Of a stretch of 64,000 nt of DNA, positions 46,226 through 55,965 are shown in pieces (position 1 is the first letter of the stretch; each line of letters begins with the position of its first letter). The translations under genes and the position numbers were made by a program. Origin of the DNA: Burkholderiales bacterium (GTDB taxonomy: Bacteria > Pseudomonadota > Gammaproteobacteria > Burkholderiales > JACQAP01); the NCBI GenBank assembly GCA_035275265.1, contig DATENC010000006.1:243667-307666 (forward strand), written 5' to 3'. Below the pieces are notes generated by a model, which ran no database searches, had not been told where the DNA came from, and saw nothing but the letters and a program-made list of their open reading frames with translations.

Positions 46226-47338
46226 TCAGGCGATGCGTTTCCCGGATTGCGGGTCGAAGAAAACCGCCTTCGAGACATTAAACGCGAGGTGCATCGAATC
46301 GTTGGCCACACCTGCCAACTCGGGGCGCACGCGGCAGCACACGATTTCGCCGTTGACACGGATGAATACCAGCGTATCAGGCCCGGTCGGTTCGACCAAT
46401 TCCACTTTGCAGGTATGGGTGTGGACGTTGCGGCCGAAACTTTGGCTGCTGGCGCTGTCGGTAATCAGTTCCGGACGGATGCCGAGGATGAGCTCCTTGC
46501 CGATCCACGGACGCAGCGCCTTTTCCGCGTCATGCACCGGCAGCACGAAGGTTTCGTCTGCAGTCTGCAACCGTACTCCGACGCTGCCCAGGTGCTCGAC
46601 GGCATCAGTCTTGATGAAATTCATCGACGGAGAACCGATGAAGCCGGCGACGAACAGGTCAGCCGGCTGGTCGTAGATTTCCTGCGGCGAACCGAACTGG
46701 CGGATCTCGCCGCCCTGCATGACCGCGATCTTGCTGCCCAGCGTCATGGCTTCAATCTGGTCGTGGGTGACATAGACGATGGTCGCCTTGAGGCGCTCGT
46801 GCAGCAACTTGATCTCCATGCGCATTTCCACCCGCAATTTGGCGTCCAGGTTCGACAGTGGCTCGTCGAACAGGAACAGCTGCGGGTCGCGTGCGATCGC
46901 CCGTCCCATTGCCACCCGCTGGCGTTGGCCGCCGGAAAGCTGCGACGGCTTGCGGTCGAGCAAGTGCCCCATCTGCAGGATCTTGGCAACCCGATCGACG
47001 ATTTCGTCCTGCTGGTGCTTGGGCATGCGCCGGATTTCCAGGCCGAAGGAGATGTTCTGTCGCACCGTCATGTTCGGATACAGGGCGTAGGACTGGAACA
47101 CCATGGCGATGTCGCGATCCTTCGGGCTTAGTTGGCTGACCACGCGACCGCCGATGACGATATCCCCCGAGCTCGCGGTATCAAGTCCAGCGATGATGCT
47201 GAGCAATGTCGACTTGCCGCAACCCGAAGGCCCAACGAGGATCAAAAACTCGCCCGATCCGATTTCCAGGTTGATGTCCTTCAGCACTTCGACATTGCCG
47301 AAAATCTTGCGCACGTTCTTGATGGCGAGCGAAGACAC
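46226..47338 (-). CDS. Sugar ABC transporter ATP-binding protein (MalK/GtsD-like)
   Basis: GPSGCGKST, MVFQSYALYP, LSGGQRQR, DEPLSNLDAKLR. Confidence 0.96.
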   Translation of the reverse strand: MSSLAIKNVRKIFGNVEVLKDINLEIGSGEFLILVGPSGCGKSTLLSIIAGLDTASSGDIVIGGRVVSQLSPKDRDIAMVFQSYALYPNMTVRQNISFGLEIRRMPKHQQDEIVDRVAKILQMGHLLDRKPSQLSGGQRQRVAMGRAIARDPQLFLFDEPLSNLDAKLRVEMRMEIKLLHERLKATIVYVTHDQIEAMTLGSKIAVMQGGEIRQFGSPQEIYDQPADLFVAGFIGSPSMNFIKTDAVEHLGSVGVRLQTADETFVLPVHDAEKALRPWIGKELILGIRPELITDSASSQSFGRNVHTHTCKVELVEPTGPDTLVFIRVNGEIVCCRVRPELAGVANDSMHLAFNVSKAVFFDPQSGKRIA

Positions 47339-47353
47339 TTTAATTCTCCCTTC

Positions 47354-48235
47354 TCAGCCCTTCACTGCGCCGGCGGTGAGTCCGCGCACAAAATACTTGC
47401 CGGCAACGACGTAAACGAAAAGCGTGGGCAACGCGGCAATGATTGCCGCGGACATGTCCACGTTGTACTCTTTGACGCCGGTCGAGGTATTCACCAAGTT
47501 GTTGAGCGCCACGGTGATAGGCTGGCGTTCGCCGGAAGAGAACACCACGCCAAACAGGAAATCGTTCCAAATCTGGGTGAACTGCCAGATCACGCATACC
47601 ACGATGATCGGGGGCGACAACGGTAAAATGATGCGCCAGAAGATGCGGAAGAACCCGGCGCCGTCGATACGCGCGGCTTTTGTCAGTTCATCGGGCACCG
47701 ACACGTAAAAGTTGCGGAAGAACAGCGTTGTGAATGCGAGCCCGTATACGACGTGCACGAAGATCAGGCCCGTCGTCGAATTGGCGATGCCGAGCGCGCC
47801 CAGCGTCTGCGCCATCGGCAGCAGAACGACCTGGAAAGGTATGAAGCAACCGATCATGAGTAGCGTAAATAGGGGGTCGCTGCCGCGAAAACGCCACATG
47901 GTCAGCACGTAGCCGTTGAATGCCCCGATCAACGTCGAGATCAGCACTGCCGGCACCACAAAACTGACGGAGTTCCAGAAATTTTTCTTGAGGCCGCTGC
48001 AATCGACCCCGGTGCACGCGCTTGACCAGGCCTTCGCCCACGCTTCGAAGGTGATCTCCATAGGCAGCGCGATCAGATTGCCGGCGCGTATGTCCTCCAG
48101 CGTCTTGACCGAAGTACTGAGCATCACGAACAGAGGCATCAGGTAGTACAGGGCCAGCAGAACCAACAGCCCATACACCACGACGCGCCCGAGAACCTGC
48201 GGCCCGGCGATTTGCGCGTGCAACTGCTCAGTCAC
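47354..48235 (-). CDS. Sugar ABC transporter permease (GtsC-like)
   Basis: KAARIDGAGF, FTQIWNDFLFG, VKEYNVDM, GLTAGAVKG. Confidence 0.93.
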   Translation of the reverse strand: MTEQLHAQIAGPQVLGRVVVYGLLVLLALYYLMPLFVMLSTSVKTLEDIRAGNLIALPMEITFEAWAKAWSSACTGVDCSGLKKNFWNSVSFVVPAVLISTLIGAFNGYVLTMWRFRGSDPLFTLLMIGCFIPFQVVLLPMAQTLGALGIANSTTGLIFVHVVYGLAFTTLFFRNFYVSVPDELTKAARIDGAGFFRIFWRIILPLSPPIIVVCVIWQFTQIWNDFLFGVVFSSGERQPITVALNNLVNTSTGVKEYNVDMSAAIIAALPTLFVYVVAGKYFVRGLTAGAVKG

Positions 48236-49166
48236 GGCGCTGCCTCCTGAGTTCCGAATACATCAGCGGTACGACCACCGCGGCTACGGTCATCATCATC
48301 ATCATCGCGCTCGCCGCACCCAGGCCGATCTGATTGCGGGTAAAACCGAAGGCGTACATGAAGGTAGCCGGCAGGTCCGAAGAGAAACCAGGCCCGCCCC
48401 CGGTCAGGGCCATCACCAGGTCGAAGCTCTTGATGGCGATGTGGGCGAGAATGATGAAGGCGCTGAAGAACACTGGGCGCAGGCTGGGAACGATGATGCT
48501 CCAGTAGATGCGCGGCATGCTCGCCCCGTCCACCTGTGCCGCCTTGATTATGGATTCATCGATGCCGCGCAGCCCCGCAAGGAATAGCGCCATCACGAAA
48601 CCCGAAGACTGCCAGGCGCCGGCGATCACCACCGTGTAGATCGACATCGTCGGGTTCACCAGCCAGTCGAACGTGAAACTGCTGAACCCCAACTGCTGGA
48701 CCACACGTTCCAAGCCCAGGCCGGGATTGAGGATCCATTTCCACGCGGTGCCGGTGACGATGAACGACAACGCCAGCGGGTAGAGATAGATCGAGCGTAG
48801 GAAGCCCTCCGCCCGGATGCGCTGGTCGAGCAGGATTGCCATCAGTAACCCGAAGGCCAGGCAAACGAATATGAACAGACTGCCGAACACCGCCAGGTTG
48901 CGCACCGCCACCCACCAGCGATCGTTGCCGAACAGCGAGATGTACTGCACCAGGCCGGCAAACTCGTAGCGCGGCAGCATGCGCGACTCGGTGAACGACA
49001 GCCAACCGGTCCAGAGGATGAAGCCGTAGACGAAGACCAGGCTGACCAGCAGCGTAGGCCCGAGAACAAGCTTGGGGAGCGCGAGCTCGATGACATCGAA
49101 CAGGCTGCGCCGCGGCGCTACCGCCGACGCGACTGCGCCGGCCCGTGCTGAGGCCGATGACTGCAA
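48228..49166 (-). CDS. Sugar ABC transporter permease (GtsB-like)
   Basis: LLDQRIRAEG, SFIVTGTAWKWILNPG, WQSSGF, KAAQVDGA, KSFDLV. Confidence 0.93.
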   Translation of the reverse strand: MQSSASARAGAVASAVAPRRSLFDVIELALPKLVLGPTLLVSLVFVYGFILWTGWLSFTESRMLPRYEFAGLVQYISLFGNDRWWVAVRNLAVFGSLFIFVCLAFGLLMAILLDQRIRAEGFLRSIYLYPLALSFIVTGTAWKWILNPGLGLERVVQQLGFSSFTFDWLVNPTMSIYTVVIAGAWQSSGFVMALFLAGLRGIDESIIKAAQVDGASMPRIYWSIIVPSLRPVFFSAFIILAHIAIKSFDLVMALTGGGPGFSSDLPATFMYAFGFTRNQIGLGAASAMMMMMTVAAVVVPLMYSELRRQRRD

Positions 49167-49186
49167 CTGCCCTCCCCTGGCGAGCG

Positions 49187-49214
49187 GGCGCAGCGGGCCT
49201 GTGCCCGCTGCACC
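49187..49214 (-). other. Intercistronic stem-loop after the sugar-binding protein gene
   Basis: GCAGCGGGC-CTGT-GCCCGCTGC perfect 9-bp stem, extendable to 12 bp with one G-U pair on the minus strand; typical position for an mRNA-stabilising hairpin. Confidence 0.55.
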
Positions 49215-49228
49215 TCAGGTATGGCGGC

Positions 49229-50488
49229 TTACTTGGATTTTCCCGCCGCGGCCATTTTCTCGGCCGCTGCCTTCGGAGTCATGTTCGAATTCATGAACTG
49301 TGTCACAACGTCGAACATTGCACCCTGAGCCGAAGCCGGCATGGCCATGCCGTGAGCCCAGCTCGGTACCAGTTTCTTCGATTTGGCACTCGACTCGAAT
49401 TCGGAGGAAGAATCCTTGGCACACTGGTCGAACTTGGTCATGGACATGCCGGTACGGGCCGGTATCGAGCCCTTGTTGAGATTGAACACCTCCTGGAATT
49501 CCGGCTCCATGATCGAGGAGGCCAATGCCCGCTGAGCTTCCTTGGCGTCAGAGTTCTTTTGTTCGAACAAGATGAAGCTGTCGATGTTGAAGGTGAACGC
49601 GCCCTTTGTACCCGGGGCCGGCATGCAGACGTAATCCTTTCCTGGCGATTTCCCGGCGGCGGTGAACTCACCCTTGGCCCAATCGCCCATGAATTGCATC
49701 GCCGCCTTGCCGTTGATCACCATCGCGGTGGCCAGGTTCCAGTCACGGTTGGCGGCGTCCTTGTCGATCGACTTCTGCACGGTGCGCAGCGTCGCGAACG
49801 CCTTTTCCATTGTCGGGCTGTTGAGCGCGCTGCCATCGAGATTCACGAATGCCCGGTTGTACCAGTCGGCACCTCCGACCCCGAGCGCTACCGATTCGAA
49901 CACGGTCGCGTCCTGCCAGGGTTGGCCACCGTGGGCGACAGCGATGAATCCGGCTTTCTGAATCTTGTCGGCAGCCACCGCGAACTCCTCCCACGTGGAC
50001 GGTATTTTCGCCCCCGCTTTTTTGAATACTTCGGGATTTACCCACATCCAGTTCACACGGTGCACGTTGACCGGCACCGCCACATAGTGCCCCTGATACT
50101 TCATGACGTTGCTGACCACCGCCGGCAGAAGTCCATCCCAGTTCGCCGCTTTCGCAACATCATCTATGTTAGTAAGTACACCCTCTCGCCCCCACTCCTG
50201 AATCGACGGGCCTTTCACTTGTGCGGCGGTCGGTGGCTTGCCGGACACCACGCGTGATTTCAGTACCGTCATGGCGTTTTCCCCGCCACCACCAGCAACC
50301 GCAAAGTCCTTCCATTTATGGCCCTTGGCCTCGAGGATCTTCTTCAGTTCCGCGACCGATTTGGCTTCGCCGCCGGAAGTCCACCAGTGCAGGACTTCAA
50401 CTTCGCCTGCGCGGGAAAAAGCGGAGAACGCCAACGTGGTCGCGAGCGTAAACGCGGTCAATGTGAGCCTAGCCGTGGACTGCTTCAT
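49229..50488 (-). CDS. Glucose/mannose-type ABC substrate-binding protein (GtsA-like)
   Basis: Signal peptide; EVLHWWTSGGE, WKDFAVAGGGG, VPVNVHRVNW, MGDWAKGEF, FNLNKGSIP. Confidence 0.9.
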   Translation of the reverse strand: MKQSTARLTLTAFTLATTLAFSAFSRAGEVEVLHWWTSGGEAKSVAELKKILEAKGHKWKDFAVAGGGGENAMTVLKSRVVSGKPPTAAQVKGPSIQEWGREGVLTNIDDVAKAANWDGLLPAVVSNVMKYQGHYVAVPVNVHRVNWMWVNPEVFKKAGAKIPSTWEEFAVAADKIQKAGFIAVAHGGQPWQDATVFESVALGVGGADWYNRAFVNLDGSALNSPTMEKAFATLRTVQKSIDKDAANRDWNLATAMVINGKAAMQFMGDWAKGEFTAAGKSPGKDYVCMPAPGTKGAFTFNIDSFILFEQKNSDAKEAQRALASSIMEPEFQEVFNLNKGSIPARTGMSMTKFDQCAKDSSSEFESSAKSKKLVPSWAHGMAMPASAQGAMFDVVTQFMNSNMTPKAAAEKMAAAGKSK

Positions 50489-50710
50489 TTTCTCCTCCAG
50501 GTGTCATTGTTATGGACGTCGCACCGGACCCATTCGCCGGCGCTCAAGAGCGGTCTTGGTGATTTGTTGCCGCTGCCGCAGGGTTGGCCGCAGCTTCTAC
50601 TATAGGAGACGCTCCCGGGCGGCGCAATCACGTTCGCCACCGCGTCGCATCATTGCTGGGAGTCGGCGGCGCAGTACAGTAAAATTCCGGTTTTTCAGGG
50701 AACTCCTTTC

Positions 50711-51724
50711 ATGACCATCCGGGTTGCAATCAACGGCTACGGACGCATCGGCCGCAATATCCTGCGCGCTCACTATGAAGGCGGCAAGAAACACGATATC
50801 CAGGTCGTCGCGATCAACGATCTTGGTGACGCGAAGATCAATGCGCACCTCACCAAGTACGACACAGCGCACGGCAAGTTTCCGGGCAGCGTGACGGTAG
50901 ATGGTGATTTCCTTGTCGTCAACGGCGACAGGATCAAAGTATGCGCACAGAGGAATCCGGCCGAACTGCCATGGAAAGAACTCGGGGTGGACATTGTGCT
51001 CGAGTGCACCGGTCTTTTCACCAGCAAGTCCAAAGCCGGCGCGCACCTGAGCGCGGGGGCAAAGAAGGTCATCATCTCCGCACCGGGCGACAAGGATGTG
51101 GATGCGACCGTGGTCTACGGTGTAAATCACCATACGCTTAGGGCGGCGCACACCGTGATCTCCAATGCCAGCTGTACCACCAACTGCCTCGCGCCGTTGG
51201 TCAAGGCGCTGAACGACCGCATTGGCGTCGTCAACGGGCTGATGACGACCATACATGCCTACACCAACGACCAGGTACTGACCGACGTATATCACACCGA
51301 CCTGCGCCGCGCGCGCTCAGCGACCATGTCAATGATTCCCACCAAGACGGGCGCCGCTGCGGCAGTGGGCCTGGTGTTGCCCGAACTGAATGGCAAACTC
51401 GACGGCTTCTCCATTCGCGTGCCGACCATCAATGTATCGCTCGTGGATCTCGCGTTCGTCGCGAGGCGCGCAACCACAGTTGAAGAGGTGAACAACGCGG
51501 TGAAGCAATCCTCGGAATCCGACCTCAAGGGTATTCTGGAGTACAACAAAGATCCCTTGGTGTCGGTCGACTTCAACCACAATCCGGCTTCCTCGGTATT
51601 TGACTCGACGCTCACCAAGGTTTCGGAAGGCACGCTGGTGAAGGTATGCTCCTGGTACGACAATGAATGGGGTTTTAGCAACCGGATGCTGGATGTGACG
51701 GTTGTGCTGATGAACGGGAAATAG
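50711..51724 (+). CDS. gap: Type I glyceraldehyde-3-phosphate dehydrogenase
   Basis: [28 protein letters not shown]. Confidence 0.99.
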   Translation: MTIRVAINGYGRIGRNILRAHYEGGKKHDIQVVAINDLGDAKINAHLTKYDTAHGKFPGSVTVDGDFLVVNGDRIKVCAQRNPAELPWKELGVDIVLECTGLFTSKSKAGAHLSAGAKKVIISAPGDKDVDATVVYGVNHHTLRAAHTVISNASCTTNCLAPLVKALNDRIGVVNGLMTTIHAYTNDQVLTDVYHTDLRRARSATMSMIPTKTGAAAAVGLVLPELNGKLDGFSIRVPTINVSLVDLAFVARRATTVEEVNNAVKQSSESDLKGILEYNKDPLVSVDFNHNPASSVFDSTLTKVSEGTLVKVCSWYDNEWGFSNRMLDVTVVLMNGK

Positions 51725-51734
51725 GCAGAAACAT

Positions 51735-51816
51735 CTGCCGCAGCGGGCACAGAGGGAACAGGCCATGAATTCCACCGGCCATTTCTTATCTGTGCCCTCT
51801 GCGTTCTTTGTGGCGG
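51735..51816. repeat. Imperfect inverted repeat with 9-bp internal periodicity (REP-like)
   Basis: 27-nt arms CTGCCGCAGCGGGCACAGAGGGAACAG and CTGTGCCCTCTGCGTTCTTTGTGGCGG; 19/27 Watson-Crick plus 5 G-U pairs. Confidence 0.55.
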
Positions 51817-51834
51817 AAGGCGTGACTTGAGATC

Positions 51835-53016
51835 ATGACAATTCTGCGCATGACCGACATCGATCTGCGCGGCAAACGTGTGTTCATTCGAGCGGATCTG
51901 AACGTGCCGCAGGACGCCGCTGGCAATATTAGCGACGACACCCGCATTCGTGCGTCTGTGCCTGCGTTGCGGCATGCACTGAACGCCGGCGCAGCCGTGA
52001 TGGTGACTTCACACCTCGGCCGGCCGATCGAGGGTGAGTTCAAGCCGGAAGATTCGCTGGCGCCGGTGGCAAAGCGATTGTCGCAACTGCTCGGCATCCC
52101 GGTCCCGCTCAAGGCGAACTGGGTAGAGGGCGTGGACCTGAATCCCGGCGAGATCGTGCTGCTGGAGAATTGCCGGGTCAACAAGGGCGAGAAGAAAAAC
52201 GACGAGACTCTGGCCAGAAAATTGGCGGCGCTGTGCGACGTCTACGTGAACGACGCATTCGGCACAGCGCACCGCGCCGAAGCGACAACCCACGGGATCG
52301 CCAAGTTTGCACAGGTCGCCTGTGCCGGCCCGCTGATGTCGGCGGAACTGGAAGCGCTGGGTAAGGCGCTGACCGCGCCCAAACGACCGTTGGTGGCAAT
52401 TGTTGGCGGATCCAAGATTTCCACCAAGCTCAGTATCCTCGGCGAGTTGGCGAAGAAAGTGGATCACCTGATCGTGGGTGGCGGCATTGCCAATACTTTC
52501 TTGCTTGCCGAAGGCCTTCCGGTCGGAAAGTCGCTGGTTGAGGCCGATTTAGTCGGGCAGGCGAAGGCGATCATCGAAGCGATCAAGGTGAAGGGTGGGG
52601 TCGTGCCGATCCCGGTAGACGTAGTGTGCGCCAAGGAATTTTCCGCGCGCGCCAAGGGCACGGTGAAGGACGCAGGCGCGGTTGCGGCCGATGACCTCAT
52701 CCTCGACATCGGTCCGAAGACCGCAAGTAAGCTCGCCGACGCGCTGCGCAAGGCCGGCACCATCGTCTGGAACGGCCCGGTCGGCGTGTTCGAGTTCGAC
52801 CAATTTGGCGAAGGGACGAAGACCATCGCGCATGCGATTGCGGCTTCTTCGGCATTCTCGATTGCCGGTGGCGGCGATACGGTTGCGGCGATCGCCAAGT
52901 ACGGAATCGAGAAAAAAATCGGCTACATTTCCACTGGAGGCGGCGCTTTCCTGGAATTTCTGGAGGGCAAGAAACTTCCGGCCGTCGAAATTCTCGAACA
53001 GCGCGCCACTCAGTAA
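51835..53016 (+). CDS. pgk: Phosphoglycerate kinase
   Basis: [43 protein letters not shown]. Confidence 0.99.
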   Translation: MTILRMTDIDLRGKRVFIRADLNVPQDAAGNISDDTRIRASVPALRHALNAGAAVMVTSHLGRPIEGEFKPEDSLAPVAKRLSQLLGIPVPLKANWVEGVDLNPGEIVLLENCRVNKGEKKNDETLARKLAALCDVYVNDAFGTAHRAEATTHGIAKFAQVACAGPLMSAELEALGKALTAPKRPLVAIVGGSKISTKLSILGELAKKVDHLIVGGGIANTFLLAEGLPVGKSLVEADLVGQAKAIIEAIKVKGGVVPIPVDVVCAKEFSARAKGTVKDAGAVAADDLILDIGPKTASKLADALRKAGTIVWNGPVGVFEFDQFGEGTKTIAHAIAASSAFSIAGGGDTVAAIAKYGIEKKIGYISTGGGAFLEFLEGKKLPAVEILEQRATQ

Positions 53017-53028
53017 CCTCACCATGGC

Positions 53029-54462
53029 ATGCAACGAAGCACAAAAATCGTAGCCACTCTCGGCCCGGCATCGAGCGATCGCGAAGTGCTGACGCGCATG
53101 ATCGCGGCCGGTGTCGACGTAGTACGCATGAATTTCTCCCACGGCAGCGCGGCGGAACATCTGGCGCGCGCGGAACTCGTGCGTGAGGTCGCGCGCGCGC
53201 AGGAGCGCACCGTCGGCATCATGTGCGATCTGCAGGGACCGAAGATCCGCATCGGCAAGTTCGAGAAAGGAAAAGTCACCCTCGACAAGGGCGACAAATT
53301 CGTCCTTGATGCCGAAGTTCCGCTCGGGAACCAGGAACGCGTAGGGTTGGACTACAAGGAACTGCCGCGCGACGTCTCGGCGGGCTCGGTGCTGCTACTG
53401 GACGACGGCAGGCTGGTACTCGATGTACAAAAGGTTCACGGCAGCCAGATCACCACCACCGTACGCGTGGGCGGTGTTCTCTCGAACAACAAGGGCATCA
53501 ACCGCCAGGGTGGGGGACTAACCGCCCCCGCGCTGACCGCCAAGGACATGGAGGACATTAGGACGTCGGTGGCCATGAAAGCAGATTTTCTGGCGGTATC
53601 CTTTCCCAAGAGCGGCGCGGACATGTACATGGCGAAGGAGTTGATGCGCGCGGCTGGCGGTCGCTCGACGCTGATCGCCAAGATGGAACGCGCCGAGGCT
53701 ATCGCCGCCATGGAGGAGATCATGGGGGCCAGCGACGGCATCATGGTGGCGCGCGGCGATCTTGCCGTGGAAGTCGGCGATGCTGCTGTGCCCGCGCTCC
53801 AGAAACGGATGATTCGCACGGCACGTGAGCGCAACAAACTCACCATTACCGCAACACAGATGATGGAGTCGATGATTTCGAGCCCGTTGCCCACGCGCGC
53901 GGAGGTTTCCGACGTGGCTAACGCGGTTCTCGACGGCACCGATGCGGTGATGCTCTCCGCCGAGACGGCCAGCGGAAAATATCCGGTGGAAACCGTCGAG
54001 TCGATGGCGCGTATTTGCCTGGAGGCGGAGAAATCCACCGAAGTGACGCTGGACCGCGAATTTCTCAATCGGGTGTTTACCCGTGTGGATCAATCGATCG
54101 CGATGGCTGCGCTTTTCACCGCGTATCACCTGAAAGTCAAGGCGATCGCGGCGCTGACCCAGTCCGGCTCCACTGCTCTGTGGATTTCGCGGCTGAACTG
54201 CGGGGTGCCGATCTACGCGCTGACGCCGGAAATTTCCACGCGCTATCGGTTGAGCCTGTACCGCGATGTCTATCCGCTGATGATCAAGTACATAGGTCAC
54301 GACCGCGACAATCTTTTGCAGGAGGCGGAGGACCAGCTAGTCTCCGCCGGGCTGGTACACAATGGGGATCTGATCGTCCTCACCTTCGGCGAGCCCATCG
54401 GCGCGCCCGGCGGCACCAATACCATGAAGATCGTCAAGGTCGGCGAGAGCCGCAGGCTATAG
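53029..54462 (+). CDS. pyk: Pyruvate kinase
   Basis: TKIVATLGPAS, RMNFSHG, DLQGPKIR, MVARGDL, ATQMMESM, DAVMLSAET. Confidence 0.99.
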   Translation: MQRSTKIVATLGPASSDREVLTRMIAAGVDVVRMNFSHGSAAEHLARAELVREVARAQERTVGIMCDLQGPKIRIGKFEKGKVTLDKGDKFVLDAEVPLGNQERVGLDYKELPRDVSAGSVLLLDDGRLVLDVQKVHGSQITTTVRVGGVLSNNKGINRQGGGLTAPALTAKDMEDIRTSVAMKADFLAVSFPKSGADMYMAKELMRAAGGRSTLIAKMERAEAIAAMEEIMGASDGIMVARGDLAVEVGDAAVPALQKRMIRTARERNKLTITATQMMESMISSPLPTRAEVSDVANAVLDGTDAVMLSAETASGKYPVETVESMARICLEAEKSTEVTLDREFLNRVFTRVDQSIAMAALFTAYHLKVKAIAALTQSGSTALWISRLNCGVPIYALTPEISTRYRLSLYRDVYPLMIKYIGHDRDNLLQEAEDQLVSAGLVHNGDLIVLTFGEPIGAPGGTNTMKIVKVGESRRL

Positions 54463-54501
54463 CGAGGACATCCATTCAGCAGGATCCGCACAGGAGCAAT
54501 C

Positions 54502-55011
54502 ATGGCAATCAGGAAAGTTACCGCGCCACTCGTCTCGATCGTAATGGGTAGCAGCAATGATTGGGACGTAATGCAGCATGCGGCAAGGCAGTTGAAGGAC
54601 TTCGGCGTTCGCTACGAAGCGCGCGCGCTGTCCGCTCACCGCAGTCCGGAACTGCTTGCGGAGCATGTCAAAGAATGCGCTGAGGGCGGAACGCAGTGTT
54701 TCATCGCCGGTGCTGGCGGCGCCGCACATCTCGCCGGCGTCATCGCAGCAATGACCACCCTGCCGGTGCTGGCGGTGCCGATTCCCTCCAAGCACCTCGG
54801 AGGTCTAGACTCGCTGCTGTCCATGGTGCAGATGCCAAAAGGCATCCCGGTCGCGACTTTCGCAATCGGCGACGGCGGCTCGGCCAACGCAGGATTGTTC
54901 GCGGTGGCGATGCTGGCACTGAACGACGCCGGAATGGCCAAGCGCCTGCAGGCGTTCCGCGTCAAGCAGGCGGACGCGGTAAAAGCGGCAAAGCTGCCCG
55001 AGTTGTCCTGA
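54502..55011 (+). CDS. purE: N5-CAIR mutase PurE
   Basis: IVMGSSND, SAHR, AGAGGAAHL, DSLLSMVQMPKGIPVAT. Confidence 0.97.
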   Translation: MAIRKVTAPLVSIVMGSSNDWDVMQHAARQLKDFGVRYEARALSAHRSPELLAEHVKECAEGGTQCFIAGAGGAAHLAGVIAAMTTLPVLAVPIPSKHLGGLDSLLSMVQMPKGIPVATFAIGDGGSANAGLFAVAMLALNDAGMAKRLQAFRVKQADAVKAAKLPELS

Positions 55012-55032
55012 CCGAAGCGTGAAGAACTCAAA

Positions 55033-55920
55033 ATGATTGCAACCAGACCCATCCACGAAACCAGTCTGAAATCACTTCAGCTGCTCCATCGCGGCAAGGT
55101 GCGCGATCTTTACGCCGTGGACGCCGAACGTCTACTGATCGTGCAGACCGACAGGTTGTCCGCATTCGACGTGGTTCTTCCTACTCCGGTGCCGGGCAAG
55201 GGCCGGGTACTCACCGAGATGTCGAACTTCTGGTTCACGAAGCTCCGCCACGTGATTCCGAATCACTTGCTCGACGTGGCGCCGGAGACGCTGGTCGCGG
55301 AGGCGGAACGCGGCCAAGTGCAAGGCCGCTCCTTCGTCGTGCGGCGCTTGCAACCACTCCCCATCGAAGCGATCGTGCGCGGCTATATCGCCGGCTCGGG
55401 CTGGAAGGATTACCAGAAGAGTCAGATGATCTGCGGTATCGCACTGCCCGCCGGCCTGAAGGAGGCGCAACAACTGCCCCGGCCGATCTTTACGCCGTCC
55501 ACCAAGGCCGCCATCGGCACGCATGACGAAAACATTCCTTTTTCGGAGATGGAGAAGCTGATCGGCGAGGCGCTGGCGGGACAGGTACGCGCAAAAGCGA
55601 TCCAGCTTTATTCCGAGGCGGCAGCCTATGCCGCCACCCGTGGCATCATCATTGCCGACACCAAGTTCGAGTTTGGCCGCGATGCCAACGGCAACCTATA
55701 CCTGATAGACGAGGCGTTGACACCGGATTCATCGCGCTTCTGGCCGAAAGACCAGTACCGGGTCGGCATCAGCCCGCCCTCGTTCGACAAGCAGTTCGTG
55801 CGCGACTGGCTGGAAGCGCAAAAATGGAACAAGCAGCCGCCCGCGCCGGTACTCCCCGCCGACGTGCTCAGGAAGACCGCTGAAAAATACGAAGAAGCGC
55901 TCAGACTTCTGACTGCTTGA
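55033..55920 (+). CDS. purC: SAICAR synthetase PurC
   Basis: [44 protein letters not shown]. Confidence 0.98.
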   Translation: MIATRPIHETSLKSLQLLHRGKVRDLYAVDAERLLIVQTDRLSAFDVVLPTPVPGKGRVLTEMSNFWFTKLRHVIPNHLLDVAPETLVAEAERGQVQGRSFVVRRLQPLPIEAIVRGYIAGSGWKDYQKSQMICGIALPAGLKEAQQLPRPIFTPSTKAAIGTHDENIPFSEMEKLIGEALAGQVRAKAIQLYSEAAAYAATRGIIIADTKFEFGRDANGNLYLIDEALTPDSSRFWPKDQYRVGISPPSFDKQFVRDWLEAQKWNKQPPAPVLPADVLRKTAEKYEEALRLLTA

Positions 55921-55965
55921 GTAGATGACGGCTTTCCTTCGTACTACCTAGGAGGATCCTCCTAA

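Noticed and set aside
50489-50710. HexR-like operator in the sugar ABC/gap divergent region
   Set aside because: No convincing palindrome seen by eye; only -10-like words.
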